Shown: positions 1 to 9,446 of the stretch, in pieces
Layout: each line of letters starts with the position of its first letter
Position numbering within the stretch: position 1 is the first letter of the stretch
NCBI RefSeq assembly: GCF_000027125.1
Contig: NC_017626.1
Source of the DNA: Escherichia coli 042
GTDB taxonomy: Bacteria; Pseudomonadota; Gammaproteobacteria; Enterobacterales; Enterobacteriaceae
DNA: 64,000 nucleotides
Reading direction: 5' to 3' (one strand)
Notes under the pieces: model-generated
The model's database searches: none
What the model was told of the DNA's origin: nothing
What the model saw: only the letters and a program-made list of their open reading frames with translations
Translations under genes and position numbers: made by a program

Positions 1-248
1 TCACGCTCAATGGCGTTGACCTGGTCGCATTTTTCCTTCGACAGTTTCATATTGGGAAAAACGGTTTTTCCATCCACCACTGTGGCACCCCGACAGATGG
101 TCCATATGCCAGAACCATCGCGGTATGCCATTGTGTGGTTACCTTCTTTTTCGTCCAGAAACTGGTCAAGTATCTGAGGAGCAGATGCGCCAGCACCAAT
201 CAGCGCCAGAACGGCAGCCGACAGGCCGTATCTGATTTTTGTGTTCAT
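1..248 (-). CDS. rrrQ: Prophage lysozyme (SAR-type endolysin), 5' part only; gene runs off the window
   Basis: Own translation of the minus strand from ATG 248..246 gives MNTKIRYGLSAAVLALIGAGASAPQILDQFLDEKEGNHTMAYRDGSGIWTICRGAT..., recognised as RrrQ. ATGA overlap with the ydfR stop. Confidence 0.8.
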   Translation of the reverse strand, partial: MNTKIRYGLSAAVLALIGAGASAPQILDQFLDEKEGNHTMAYRDGSGIWTICRGATVVDGKTVFPNMKLSKEKCDQVNAIER

Positions 249-556
249 AGATATTTATGATGAGGACGCTCGTGCTTATTGGCAGGATTTTCAATCTTAA
301 AGGAGTACTGATGCTGCAGATAAGACTCAACTTTTTCTGACAATTTTTCTGCTACTTCCAGGAAGACTTGCCGGACGCTCCTTCTGGCTGCTGCCTCATA
401 AAACTCCAGCGCAGCTCCTTCAACACGGTCCATGGCGACATCTAGGTCAAAAATTTCACCGTCAAAGCGTTCTTTGTCCTGTAAGGCTACAGTTACCGTA
501 ACTTTATTCTCAAAATTACGGACTCCTTTCACAACCAGTTCATAGTCTTGAGTCAT
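245..556 (-). CDS. ydfR: Qin prophage protein YdfR (103 aa)
   Basis: ORF-track protein MTQDYELVVKGVRNF... recognised; sits between holin and lysozyme. Confidence 0.8.
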   Translation of the reverse strand: MTQDYELVVKGVRNFENKVTVTVALQDKERFDGEIFDLDVAMDRVEGAALEFYEAAARRSVRQVFLEVAEKLSEKVESYLQHQYSFKIENPANKHERPHHKYL

Positions 557-560
557 TGGA

Positions 561-776
561 TTACTCTCCTCTCGCAGCCTTACGCCTGTCTTCTTTAATC
601 TTGAAATAAAGATTTGTCAGATACGTCAGCAGGCCAAAAACCAGGCTACCCAGCACACCGATTGCAGCCCACTGTGACGGAGTTACTTTATCGAGTAACT
701 GCAATGCCCAGAAACCAGCATTACCCGCCGATGTGCCATAGGCAACACCTGTTGTTAACTTATCCATTGATTTCAT
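561..776 (-). CDS. essQ: Phage 21 S-type holin homologue (71 aa from MKSMDKL)
   Basis: ORF 561..851 trimmed to ATG 776..774. Two hydrophobic segments and a charged C-terminus; lies upstream of ydfR/lysozyme. Confidence 0.8.
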   Translation of the reverse strand: MKSMDKLTTGVAYGTSAGNAGFWALQLLDKVTPSQWAAIGVLGSLVFGLLTYLTNLYFKIKEDRRKAARGE

Positions 777-995
777 ATCCTCACCCCGATGTACACGGAT
801 GGTGCAATATGTTTGAAAAGATCGGAGTCTACGGGGTAGTTTTGACAGCACACGTTGTTCTCAACGGCGCTAAAAAAACATACACATTAAAAATGTGGGT
901 AATTATTTTGAAAGAAAGTCATATATAAAATAATAATACGAGAAATGTTTTCATATTTAGTGTACTGTATACGGCCATTTATACAGGAAAAGCCT

Positions 996-1166
996 ATGTC
1001 AGAACGTAAAAACTCAAAATCACGCCGTAATTATCTCGTTAAATGTTCCTGCCCAAACTGCACCCAAGAGTCAGAACACAGTTTTTCAAGAGTACAAAAA
1101 GGTGCCCTTTTGATCTGCCCTCATTGCAACAAAGTATTCCAGACAAATCTTAAAGCTGTAGCCTGA
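996..1166 (+). CDS. Small zinc-ribbon protein (56 aa, CxxC...CxxC); possibly the K-12 Qin small protein ynfU
   Basis: ORF 945..1166 trimmed to ATG 996 behind AGGAA. Sequence MSERKNSKSRRNYLVKCSCPNCTQ...ICPHCNKVF has two CxxC pairs. Confidence 0.55.
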   Translation: MSERKNSKSRRNYLVKCSCPNCTQESEHSFSRVQKGALLICPHCNKVFQTNLKAVA

Positions 1167-1529
1167 TTGATTTTATTAGTAACAAGTATTTTTTATATTT
1201 TAATAATATATTTAAAGCAGATAATAAAAAACCCGCCTGAGCGGGTTTGAGATTGTGGTGCTTTTTGTGGGAGTCATCCACTTACGCACTTTGTTTTGCC
1301 ATGCCAGCAGTTAGCTTCTGCTGTAAAACTATTCATGCAGCAAACCTGCACTTCACCACAATGGTTAGCATACTTTTCCTGATTAAGATTTTGCCAAATA
1401 TGCTAGCCATTGTTTCATGTATTGGACCTCCTTACTTTTTATTAAAGAGATCCAATATTCACTACTCTGTCCGTATCTCTACTCAGGCATCAGCCTTCTT
1501 CGTTATCGTATACAGACGAGCGATGAATT

Positions 1530-1745
1530 TTAATCAGTAATGATGACATTTGCTGCTGCAGGACCTTTAGCACCACTCTCTATAGAGAAGGTAACCTTTT
1601 GACCTTCAAATAAGGTTCGATAATTATCATTCTGAATCGCAGAAAAATGCACAAACACATCTTTACTACCATCAACAGGAGAAATAAAGCCGAAACCTTT
1701 ATCAGCGTTAAACCATTTTACTAAACCAGTCATTTTATTTGACAT
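1530..1745 (-). CDS. cspB: Cold-shock protein CspB
   Basis: [23 protein letters not shown]... is a full-length CSD protein with the RNP1 motif KGFGFI. Confidence 0.9.
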   Translation of the reverse strand: MSNKMTGLVKWFNADKGFGFISPVDGSKDVFVHFSAIQNDNYRTLFEGQKVTFSIESGAKGPAAANVIITD

Positions 1746-2045
1746 TCTACATTCCTTAACTTGAGCCTTTCGGCATAAATGGTTTGCATAACAGAAACGA
1801 CTTCGTACTTAATTGGAGAGACTCAAAGAAGGAATAAGTGAATAACACCTGAAATGAGAACTGCTTTAGTAAACTACTTCGTATATCGTCTGTTCTTCAA
1901 ACCGACGCAATCATTAACGCATAGTTGAACATATGAAGCAATGTTTATTTTAGACATCCAGCCATCTTCAACCCCATCAAAAAACTATAGCTTTCTTCAG
2001 GAACGTGTGTATAGTGCGCCAAGTTATCAGTATTAAGGAATTTTT

Positions 2046-2258
2046 TTGTCCCGTAAAATGACAGGAATTGTCAAAACCTTTGACGGCAAAAGCGGCAAGG
2101 GTCTTATCACCCCATCCGATGGTCGTATCGATGTCCAGCTTCATGTTTCAGCGCTCAATCTCCGCGATGCAGAAGAAATTACCACCGGATTACGCGTGGA
2201 ATTTTGCCGGATAAATGGTCTGCGTGGCCCTTCAGCTGCCAATGTTTACCTTTCATGA
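2046..2258 (+). CDS. cspF: Cold-shock-like protein (CspF by synteny)
   Basis: [23 protein letters not shown]... is a CSD family member, divergent from cspB as in Qin. Confidence 0.75.
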
Positions 2259-2312
2259 GCTATATTAAAGCTTTAATTTCAGGCCCCATCGGATCACACA
2301 TGGAGAGTTTTT

Positions 2313-2402
2313 ATGAATAACCCCGTCTGTCTTGATGACTGGTTGATTGGCTTTAAAAGCTTATGCTGTACTTTGGCCGTAATAGCTCTGCTAATAATAT
2401 AA
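2313..2402 (+). CDS. Candidate 29-aa hydrophobic peptide
   Basis: GGAGAG RBS 6 nt before ATG 2313. [29 protein letters not shown], stop TAA 2400-2402. Too short for the ORF track. Confidence 0.25.
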
Positions 2403-2679
2403 TAAGCAGACTCATTGTGTTTAGGGACATTGTACTGGAAGAAAACATTTTAAACATCAGGCAAATAACCAAGTCACCAGCTAAATAATAAGTTAACAGA
2501 CATGAGTCCCGGGATGAGATTCAACATTACCATTGCCCCATTTAAAGCACAAAACCCGCTCATCAGCGGGTTTTCTACTTTTTCTTAACGTCGGGTATAC
2601 AAAGCCCATCGTTGAAAAAATTTTATCCATATTTTTTGAAAAATGCAAACATCATGTCGCCATCTTCAGCAAAAATCAT

Positions 2680-3432
2680 TTATCTCGTCACCTTCCTCAA
2701 TTGCGCTTCCGCGTATGCTTCTTCCTGCCAGCACTTTGTTACCAGTTTACCAATGACGTCCGCATACCCCTTATACCACTGATAATCGGTCAGGTCTGGT
2801 ACCAGCTTCTGGACATGACGTCGTGCCAGCGTGGTCGGTAAACGACTAAACCGGTTTCCATTACAACGCCCACAAATCTTATATACCGGTACGCCATGAA
2901 ACCGGGTTCTTTTTTCATCCAGAACAATCCCTTTACCCTTACACCCTCTGCACGCTGTGCTGGCTTCGCCCTTACCATGGCAATGCTGACATAGTTCCTT
3001 CACCCATTCTTCCTTGATTACAGATTCCCCGCGTCTGTAGTGTTTCACCACTTCGCGCAATACATTATAAAATCCCGTACCTGAACAATGCTCACAGCGA
3101 GCCTTACTTGCCGCAGACCTGGAGTAATCAGCAAAGGCAAAACTCACGAGGTAAGGAATAATCTGTAACCGGATTTCTTCACTCAATTTGTTCAATGTCG
3201 GGTTATCCAGTGCCATCGCGTAATTTAGCAGGCCTTCAATCGCAAACTGAGGGTCCTGAACACCAACTTTTGCCAGAAATAAGGCCAACCCAAGTGGTGC
3301 TTTCGACTGCACCATCCCCTGCGCTGCCATTACATCCGTAATTGTTAAACAACCGGTGCCTGTCGCTGGAGCGTCATCGCTCAATTTTGGAGATTTTGGG
3401 GAGTAATATTTTGGTAAGGCTTCAAGGTTCAT
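2680..3432 (-). CDS. quuQ: Late-gene antiterminator Q homologue (250 aa from MNLEALPKYY)
   Basis: ORF 2680..3462 trimmed. Multiple CxxC zinc motifs (CEHCSGTG, CQHCHGKG, CRGCKGKG, CGRCNG) typical of this Q family. Confidence 0.85.
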   Translation of the reverse strand: MNLEALPKYYSPKSPKLSDDAPATGTGCLTITDVMAAQGMVQSKAPLGLALFLAKVGVQDPQFAIEGLLNYAMALDNPTLNKLSEEIRLQIIPYLVSFAFADYSRSAASKARCEHCSGTGFYNVLREVVKHYRRGESVIKEEWVKELCQHCHGKGEASTACRGCKGKGIVLDEKRTRFHGVPVYKICGRCNGNRFSRLPTTLARRHVQKLVPDLTDYQWYKGYADVIGKLVTKCWQEEAYAEAQLRKVTR

Positions 3433-3445
3433 GCTCGTTCTCCAC

Positions 3446-4534
3446 TTACGCCAGTACGCCAATTGCCAGCGCGCGATCGATAAAACGAAATATCAGCTCC
3501 AGTTGGGAGCCATACTTATCTTCAAATGCCACTGTATCCGTATGCAGCTCGTTGTGATGCTTTCTGCACAAAGGCAACACAAAGAGATCATGTGCTTTTG
3601 TTCCCATTCCGCCCTGCCCGTGACCAATCAGATGATGCGGATCGTCGGCTGGCATACCGCAGCAAGCACACGGCTGTGTCTTAACCCAACGTGTGTATTT
3701 CTCCTTAACCCAGCGGCGACGTTTAGGCAGCTTCATGAAAGATTCCGGAGACTCTGGATCAACGGTGATGCTTACCACCGTCTTTTCCTGTGGTGATTTT
3801 TGTTGCTGGTGGGCGTAAGGCAACGGTGCAAGATTTTTTGTGCGTTGTTTCAATATGCTGGTGGCGGTCTGCTCTCCCGGTACGATGTCGCTTTCGCGGT
3901 ACACCGAGCAGATTTTTTCCGCTGGTAATCCCAGCGAACGACGCGATACAGCCTCAGGTAGTGCATCCACCACCTGATTGCAGACCGCCCACCAGGATAA
4001 TTCAGCCAAAGATAATTCCCGCTCCTGCGTACCGCTTATTGCGTGACGGATGACGTCAATCACCCATGCTGTCAGATTTTGTTGAGCAAGCAGCTCCAGT
4101 GATTCCGATGTCTGGTCACGCAGTTGGTTGTCGCAGTGCCAGCACAACACCATTGCGCCGGTACCATAACGGTGAATGACTGTTTCAGTGTGATGGTAAT
4201 CGCCATTAGGCCACTGGCAGGATGTAACATGACGTAATAGCCAGTCGGACAATGCGCCAACGCCGCCAGCAGCACGAATCACCCGTTCGTTACTAAAAAA
4301 CGGCAGCAATGTTTTGTCTTCCGCCAGCGGCTGGCGAACGGCAGGAACGACTCCGGATGGCAGATTACGCATGCTTTTTGGTTCCGGTTCCACCAGCACT
4401 CGAGGATTATGAAATATCTGTATGGATTCACGGCCCGGCTTAAGGACCACCAGCCCAAGCTCAGGCACCAGAACAGGTCTAAGTAATACCCGCACGTTAC
4501 CTCCAGATCCGTTGCTGGAAAGTGCGGGACGCAC
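3446..4534 (-). CDS. ydfU: Qin prophage protein YdfU (DUF968-type, C-terminal HNH-like H..H..C motif); start uncertain
   Basis: ORF-track protein recognised (..LLRPVLVPELGLVVLKPGRESIQIF..). C-terminus CACCGMPADDPHHLIGHG...LCRKHHNELH. Confidence 0.8.
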   Translation of the reverse strand: MRPALSSNGSGGNVRVLLRPVLVPELGLVVLKPGRESIQIFHNPRVLVEPEPKSMRNLPSGVVPAVRQPLAEDKTLLPFFSNERVIRAAGGVGALSDWLLRHVTSCQWPNGDYHHTETVIHRYGTGAMVLCWHCDNQLRDQTSESLELLAQQNLTAWVIDVIRHAISGTQERELSLAELSWWAVCNQVVDALPEAVSRRSLGLPAEKICSVYRESDIVPGEQTATSILKQRTKNLAPLPYAHQQQKSPQEKTVVSITVDPESPESFMKLPKRRRWVKEKYTRWVKTQPCACCGMPADDPHHLIGHGQGGMGTKAHDLFVLPLCRKHHNELHTDTVAFEDKYGSQLELIFRFIDRALAIGVLA

Positions 4535-4775
4535 GTGGTGGGCGTTCGGAATAAGGCAGCCTGACAGAGATTATCCAGTGCCGATAGTCGAGACTGAGAG
4601 CTTTCTTAACCTCGAACCCGCGCCTGCGGTAAGAATGAATCAGCCATTCGGCCTGTTCTGCAGTGCATGGAGGGTGCTGGAACCATTCAGACTTGAATGC
4701 GTGAGAATACCGCCCGTGCGTGCAGGCAAGAACGGGCGAATTATCAGAATTGTAATATTTTGCGTTGCGTGCCAT
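4497..4775 (-). CDS. Hypothetical prophage protein (92-aa ORF, 3' end overlaps the ydfU start region)
   Basis: The N-terminal two thirds (MARNAKYYNSDNSPVLACTHGRYSHAFKSEWFQHPPCTAEQAEWLIHSYRRRGFEVKK) look protein-like. The C-terminal part is out-of-frame overlap. Confidence 0.35.
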   Translation of the reverse strand: MARNAKYYNSDNSPVLACTHGRYSHAFKSEWFQHPPCTAEQAEWLIHSYRRRGFEVKKALSLDYRHWIISVRLPYSERPPRASRTFQQRIWR

Positions 4776-4841
4776 CGGTTTTCTCCGGTGGCACGGTGTT
4801 ACTCAGCGGGAGTTCAGCCCCGCGCAAGATTGTAGATGAGT

Positions 4842-5093
4842 TTATTCTCCTGAAAAAGCAGAAAAGCCAGCTTTTATTCCGATCTCTTTCAATGCCTGTA
4901 ATGAAGTGACAAACTCACCTTCGCGCAAGATAAATCCGTCCGTGACCCGAGCATCCACAAAATTAATTAACGCAGCCCCATTCTTTCGCAAACACATAAT
5001 GCGGTAATGACTAACAAGATTTCCATTTTCAACGCACACAGCATAGAGGCCATCTTCACAAAAAATTTTACGCAGTTCTTCGATGTTCATCAT
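4842..5093 (-). CDS. rem: Qin prophage protein Rem (83 aa)
   Basis: MMNIEELRKIFCEDGLYAVCVENGNLVSHYRIM... recognised; synteny next to hokD. Confidence 0.8.
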   Translation of the reverse strand: MMNIEELRKIFCEDGLYAVCVENGNLVSHYRIMCLRKNGAALINFVDARVTDGFILREGEFVTSLQALKEIGIKAGFSAFSGE

Positions 5094-5309
5094 CAGAATC
5101 CTTCCGGATAATTAGCTCTCCCCTTTAAGGGACCATCCCTCTTATCCCTGCGCGCTACTTAAGTATTTTTGATTCTATTCCGGCACCGTCCAGAACTTCA
5201 AACGCGTTGAAAATAAAAACAAAAACCCGCCGAAGCGGGTTAAGTGCGGGTGCGTTGAGGATGCCTGCCACATCAGAGGTGGCGAGGGATTTCTCCCCCG
5301 CCGGGTCTC

Positions 5310-5465
5310 TTACTCCTCAGGTTCGTAAGCTGTGAAGACAGCGACCTCCGTCTGGCCGGTTCGGATTCGTACCTCGCAGAGGTCTTTCCTCGTTACCAGT
5401 GCCGTCACTATGACGGTTAAACAGATGACGATCAGGGCGATTAACATCGCCTTTTGCTGCTTCAT
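5310..5465 (-). CDS. hokD: Hok-family membrane toxin HokD/RelF (51 aa)
   Basis: Own translation: MKQQKAMLIALIVICLTVIVTALVTRKDLCEVRIRTGQTEVAVFTAYEPEE. Below the ORF-track size cutoff; directly downstream of relE. Confidence 0.9.
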   Translation of the reverse strand: MKQQKAMLIALIVICLTVIVTALVTRKDLCEVRIRTGQTEVAVFTAYEPEE

Positions 5466-5536
5466 AGCCTGCTTCTCCTGTCAACGCAAAGCAGAAGTGT
5501 CACCTTCGGTGCGAAACAGAGATGTCATGCTTTGGT

Positions 5537-5824
5537 TCAGAGAATGCGTTTGACCGCCTCGCTATATACTTCCGAGCGTTCTCTTTTCCCAACAGAAATC
5601 ACGAAAACGACAACTTTCTCGTCTATAACCTGGTATACAAGGCGATAGCCTGAAGACCGGAGCTTAATCTTGTAACAATCAGGCATACCACGGAGCTTGT
5701 TTGCTTCAATCCGGGGTGACTCAAGTACTTCAACCAGCTTCTTTTTCAACTGTTCACGTACCGTCGAGCCCAGCTTTCGCCATTCCTTTAGTGCCCGCTC
5801 GTCAAAATCCAGAAAATACGCCAT
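5537..5824 (-). CDS. relE: mRNA interferase toxin RelE
   Basis: MAYFLDFDERALKEWRKLGSTVREQLKKKL..., 95 aa. Its start overlaps the relB stop. Confidence 0.95.
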   Translation of the reverse strand: MAYFLDFDERALKEWRKLGSTVREQLKKKLVEVLESPRIEANKLRGMPDCYKIKLRSSGYRLVYQVIDEKVVVFVISVGKRERSEVYSEAVKRIL

Positions 5825-6063
5825 CAGAGTTCATCCAGCGTCACACGTACTGGCTTAGGATTACGAAGCCGTTCTTTCACTATCTCCACAAGTTCAGCAT
5901 CTTCATCACTCAGGAGTGTCTGTTTGAACGGCAAGCGTTCATTGTCAGCGATATACTCGAGCATGAGACGAAGCGCTTCAGAAGGAGTTACACCCATTTT
6001 TTCAAGCGCGGCGTAAGAACGCGCTTTAAGTTCATCGTCAATACGCAGGTTAATGCTACCCAT
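5824..6063 (-). CDS. relB: Antitoxin RelB
   Basis: MGSINLRIDDELKARSYAALEKMGVTPSEALRLML..., 79 aa, RHH antitoxin. Confidence 0.95.
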   Translation of the reverse strand: MGSINLRIDDELKARSYAALEKMGVTPSEALRLMLEYIADNERLPFKQTLLSDEDAELVEIVKERLRNPKPVRVTLDEL

Positions 6064-6087
6064 GTCTTACACCTCTTGTAATTACAA

Positions 6088-6393
6088 ATGTCATTACAAG
6101 TATCGCACTACAACATGCTTAGGGCAAGTCACGAAGGAAGTCAGAAAGTAGTCGTAAGAACGGTGATCACTGTCCGCTTTGTGCCAGGAGCAGCCATTGC
6201 TAAGTCCATCCTGTATTGTGCAGGTCAGCTCGTTTTTAAAGAGTCCGGCCATCATCTTACTGGTACAGACACCATATACTTTGTGACGGTCAGGCTACAT
6301 ATGCACAACTCAACTTATTCATCTATTTTTTGCTTTAGCATGTCAGTGTTGCTTTCTCGTCGGCGGGTGAGCGGTGACCTGACCTGTCGATAA
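6088..6393 (+). CDS. ydfV: Qin prophage protein YdfV (101 aa)
   Basis: MSLQVSHYNMLRASHEGSQKVVVRTVITVRF... recognised; position between relB and flxA. Confidence 0.65.
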   Translation: MSLQVSHYNMLRASHEGSQKVVVRTVITVRFVPGAAIAKSILYCAGQLVFKESGHHLTGTDTIYFVTVRLHMHNSTYSSIFCFSMSVLLSRRRVSGDLTCR

Positions 6394-6595
6394 AGGAACG
6401 TAACACGTTTTATGCAACACCCGCATGCGGCAGAAAATTATTGCCGAACGTTTACCCCTGTCAACAAGCTTTACTTTCTGAGGCGCGCCAGCCCGCGAGG
6501 AAAACAATCTGAACATCAAACAATTAATGACACAAGAAATACGATTAAAGATTTTTTTGTGCATGCCGATAGTGCTTTTTTAAAAGGAGAAATCT

Positions 6596-6928
6596 ATGTC
6601 TGTCACAATTCAGGGAAATACCTCAACCGTTATTTCAAACAACTCCGCCCCGGAAGGAACATCAGAAATAGCCAAAATCACAAGACAAATTCAGGTGCTG
6701 ACTGAAAAGCTTGGGAAAATCTCATCGTAAGAGGGGATGACGACACAGCAGAAAAAAGAAATGGCTGCATTGGTACAGAAGCAAATTGAAAGCCTCTGGG
6801 CTCAACTGGAGCAGTTGTTAAGGCAGCAGGCAGAGAAAAAGAATGAAGACGCGACAGTTCAGCCTGATAAAAAAGAAGAGAAAAAAGACGATACAAATAC
6901 CGCTGGCACCATTGATATTTACGTCTAA
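6596..6928 (+). pseudogene. flxA: flxA interrupted by an in-frame TAA at codon 45
   Basis: AAGGAG RBS, ATG 6596, MSVTIQGNTSTVISNNSAPEGTSEIAKITRQIQVLTEKLGKISS, TAA 6728-6730. The same frame then continues EGMTTQQKKEMAAL... to 6928. Confidence 0.8.
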
Positions 6929-6942
6929 GTGACAGCCGTATT

Positions 6943-6965
6943 GTGGCCCTCATCGGGCCACTTTT
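6943..6965 (+). terminator. Rho-independent terminator after flxA
   Basis: GTGGCCC-TCAT-CGGGCCAC followed by TTTT. Confidence 0.6.
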
Positions 6966-7015
6966 CGCCATCAGCCTTTTCTTTAAAGACATATTATCTT
7001 TGTATCATTTCTGAT

Positions 7016-8864
7016 AGTTAACATTACAAGATATAAGTAATGGACGCACTCCCAATTAGTCTATTTAAATCGCCACGAGTTTAACTGACAACCCATGATC
7101 AATTATGAATTGCAACTATTTCTGTAGTCACTTTTGTGGGGACAGTCCACAAAACTGCCAACTTCCGCTTCTTGCTCTTAGCGGACATTAGCATAGGCTA
7201 TTTACCATAACGCCTCATTACGCGCACCGCCCAGACTGACTCAGCGCGTTTCTGGCATATCCCCGGTAAAACAAGTAACAAACCACCCGAAAATGAACAC
7301 CAGAAACGCGACTTAAGAATCTACCCTATGAATGGATATGCACTCAACCGAATCGATCTTGGTTTCAATCTTTTTTATCGGGATCAGGCTTCTTTTTAGG
7401 TAACTTCGGGGGCTTAACTTGCTGATGACTTTGCGTTCGGCGCGTAAGCCAGGGATGGTCAGCTTTAGGTTTAACATAGTATTTTGAGCGTAAATCAATA
7501 CGGGCATTATCCACTCGTTCATGGACACTCTTTTCATCATCCAGTGGTATAGGCTCCGGGCCATCAACATACTTTTCCCAGCCCAGCGCTTTCCCGTCAT
7601 ACAGAACGTTAATTTCACCGTCAAAGTTCTCGCATACAGTAACAACCGAATGCCTAAGTCGATATCCCCGGCCCTCACTGCGTACCTGAAACGCACTGCT
7701 TTTGTACTGGAAAGTGAGATTTTTAGACAGAACGCGCTTCGCCTGTAGGCTGAAGATATAACCCAGTTCCTCTTCAGAATGGTGCACATCAAGATGAGCA
7801 TTATCAGTAGTACGAGGCGACGTAGCGAACCGGTTGTTATAGGCTTCAATAAAGGTCGGCAACCATGCATTTGCTGTTTCAATATCACTGATATTCTGAA
7901 GCCGCATTTCTTTGACCAGCCTGTCCTGTAGTGTCTGATTGGCGCGCTCTACCCGCCCTTTTGCCTGCGGGCTGTTGGCATGGATTGGCTCGATGCCCAG
8001 TGTCTTTATCGCACGAGTGAACTGGGTCAGCTCACCTTCCCGCTCTGGGTTATTTACCCTGAATATACTGTGTCTATCAGAGTAGAGAGCGAGCGGTACG
8101 CCATGATCATTAAGGTAACCCCGGAGGGTTTCCATGTAAGCCCGGGTTGTTTCAGCAGGCACAAAACGCAACGCCATCAACGCACTGGTGGCATCATCAA
8201 TGAAAACGATCAGTGTACATCTGGGGCCTCGATTTTCAAACCAGTCATGAGGTGAGCCATCAATCTGGATCAGTTCACCGTAAGATGGTCGTCGCATGCG
8301 GCGTTGATATATACGGGCAATTTTACGACGGCGTTCACGCCATAACCCCTCTTCTACCATCCACTTTCTGAGAGTTTCAACGGATAAAGATAAACCGTGT
8401 ATCTCGCGCAATTTTTCGCACGCAAACGTAGGTCCAAAATCAGCGTAACGGCCTTTGAGGAGTGAAATTACTGTTGCTCTGAATTCAGTAGAAAAGGAAT
8501 TATTAGGACGCTTTCCACGTCGGTGGGAAACCAGACCAGAAGGCCCTTCATTTCTATACCGTTGCACCAGACGTTTAACCTGCCGAATAGAAATGCCAAT
8601 GCGTGCCGCAGCTTGTTCCTGAATAATCTGAAGTCGGTGGAGTTCCTTATGACTCATCGTAACAGTCTCTTTGATCATGAAAAATCCCCCAGAGAATTGT
8701 CTGGGGACATTTTAGAATGGTTCAAAGGGGACATTACAGCTTGGTGTTAACAATAGCCTGCTTCTCCGTGCCTTTCGGCACGTAAGAGGCTAACCTACAT
8801 GTGTCTAGCATGAAATTGGCCTCAGATTAATGTTAAGCGTCTTGCAGGACGCGTAATGTTAACT
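7016..8864. mobile_element. Insertion sequence (ISNCY/IS481-like); boundaries tentative
   Basis: Single rve-type transposase gene. The only candidate terminal inverted repeat I could find is AGTTAACATTAC (7016-7027) / GTAATGTTAACT (8853-8864). No target-site duplication seen. Confidence 0.35.
7365..8678 (-). CDS. DDE (integrase-core, rve) transposase, 437 aa, ISNCY-like N-terminal HTH
   Basis: N-terminus MSHKELHRLQIIQE..ISIRQVKRLVQRYRNEGPSGLVSHRRGKRPNN. Central D..D..E core region (IQIDGSPHDW..., LYSDRHSIF..., ...KGRVERANQTLQDRL). Confidence 0.85.
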   Translation of the reverse strand: MIKETVTMSHKELHRLQIIQEQAAARIGISIRQVKRLVQRYRNEGPSGLVSHRRGKRPNNSFSTEFRATVISLLKGRYADFGPTFACEKLREIHGLSLSVETLRKWMVEEGLWRERRRKIARIYQRRMRRPSYGELIQIDGSPHDWFENRGPRCTLIVFIDDATSALMALRFVPAETTRAYMETLRGYLNDHGVPLALYSDRHSIFRVNNPEREGELTQFTRAIKTLGIEPIHANSPQAKGRVERANQTLQDRLVKEMRLQNISDIETANAWLPTFIEAYNNRFATSPRTTDNAHLDVHHSEEELGYIFSLQAKRVLSKNLTFQYKSSAFQVRSEGRGYRLRHSVVTVCENFDGEINVLYDGKALGWEKYVDGPEPIPLDDEKSVHERVDNARIDLRSKYYVKPKADHPWLTRRTQSHQQVKPPKLPKKKPDPDKKD

Positions 8865-9012
8865 GGGGCTTTTCTCTATCTGCCGTTGGTGTCCATGCCC
8901 GAGGCAGATAGCCTCAAGCACCCGCAGTCATTCTACTTAACTAAGATTTCCCCGCAAACCGTTTTTGTCCAGCACAGTAAATATCCAACTAAACCAATGG
9001 AGTTCGCTGTAT

Positions 9013-9192
9013 TTACCGCCAGTATTCAATGCACATGACCGCCATGAACACCCCTAAAAAAAGGGCATTTATATATCCAAATATTAATATCAAAACATCA
9101 ACTTTTTCCATATACCTTGCTGTGAAGATGATGGGCATACATGATGCGAACAACCAGAACGCAACAAACAAAAACTGCAATGCGTTTTTCAT
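9013..9192 (-). CDS. Small two-TM membrane protein (59 aa)
   Basis: ORF 9013..9231 trimmed to ATG 9192 behind a strong AGGAGG RBS. MKNALQFLFVAFWLFASCMPIIFTARYMEKVDVLILIFGYINALFLGVFMAVMCIEYWR. Confidence 0.5.
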   Translation of the reverse strand: MKNALQFLFVAFWLFASCMPIIFTARYMEKVDVLILIFGYINALFLGVFMAVMCIEYWR

Positions 9193-9446
9193 TATTCCTC
9201 CTACAATCAATGTGCAATTACATTTAAACACACCTCAATTTGGCCGGACATATAAATATCTAAACCAGAAAAAATCACTTACATAGCGTTACAAACTCTT
9301 TAGTCTAAAGGTTCATCGTAAAACATTCCCCATACTTATCAGTCCGTTCCGCGCCAGGTAGCTCATTGCCTTATCTGGCAACCTGTAATCAGGTTTCCGC
9401 TTTTTCAGTTGGCTGGTCGTTTAACCGACATAGTTAATCCATTAAT

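Noticed and set aside
5310-5465. Search for a Sok-type antisense RNA/mok partner of hokD
   Set aside because: I could not identify a convincing antisense promoter-terminator pair. hokD sits directly downstream of relE as part of the relBE-hokD operon, so no extra feature is claimed.
7245-7310. 11-bp inverted repeat CGCGTTTCTGG/CCAGAAACGCG with a 44-nt loop, considered as an IS terminal inverted repeat or a small structured RNA
   Set aside because: There is no matching copy at the other side of the transposase gene, and no promoter/terminator context for an RNA. It is mentioned under the IS finding but not annotated as a feature.
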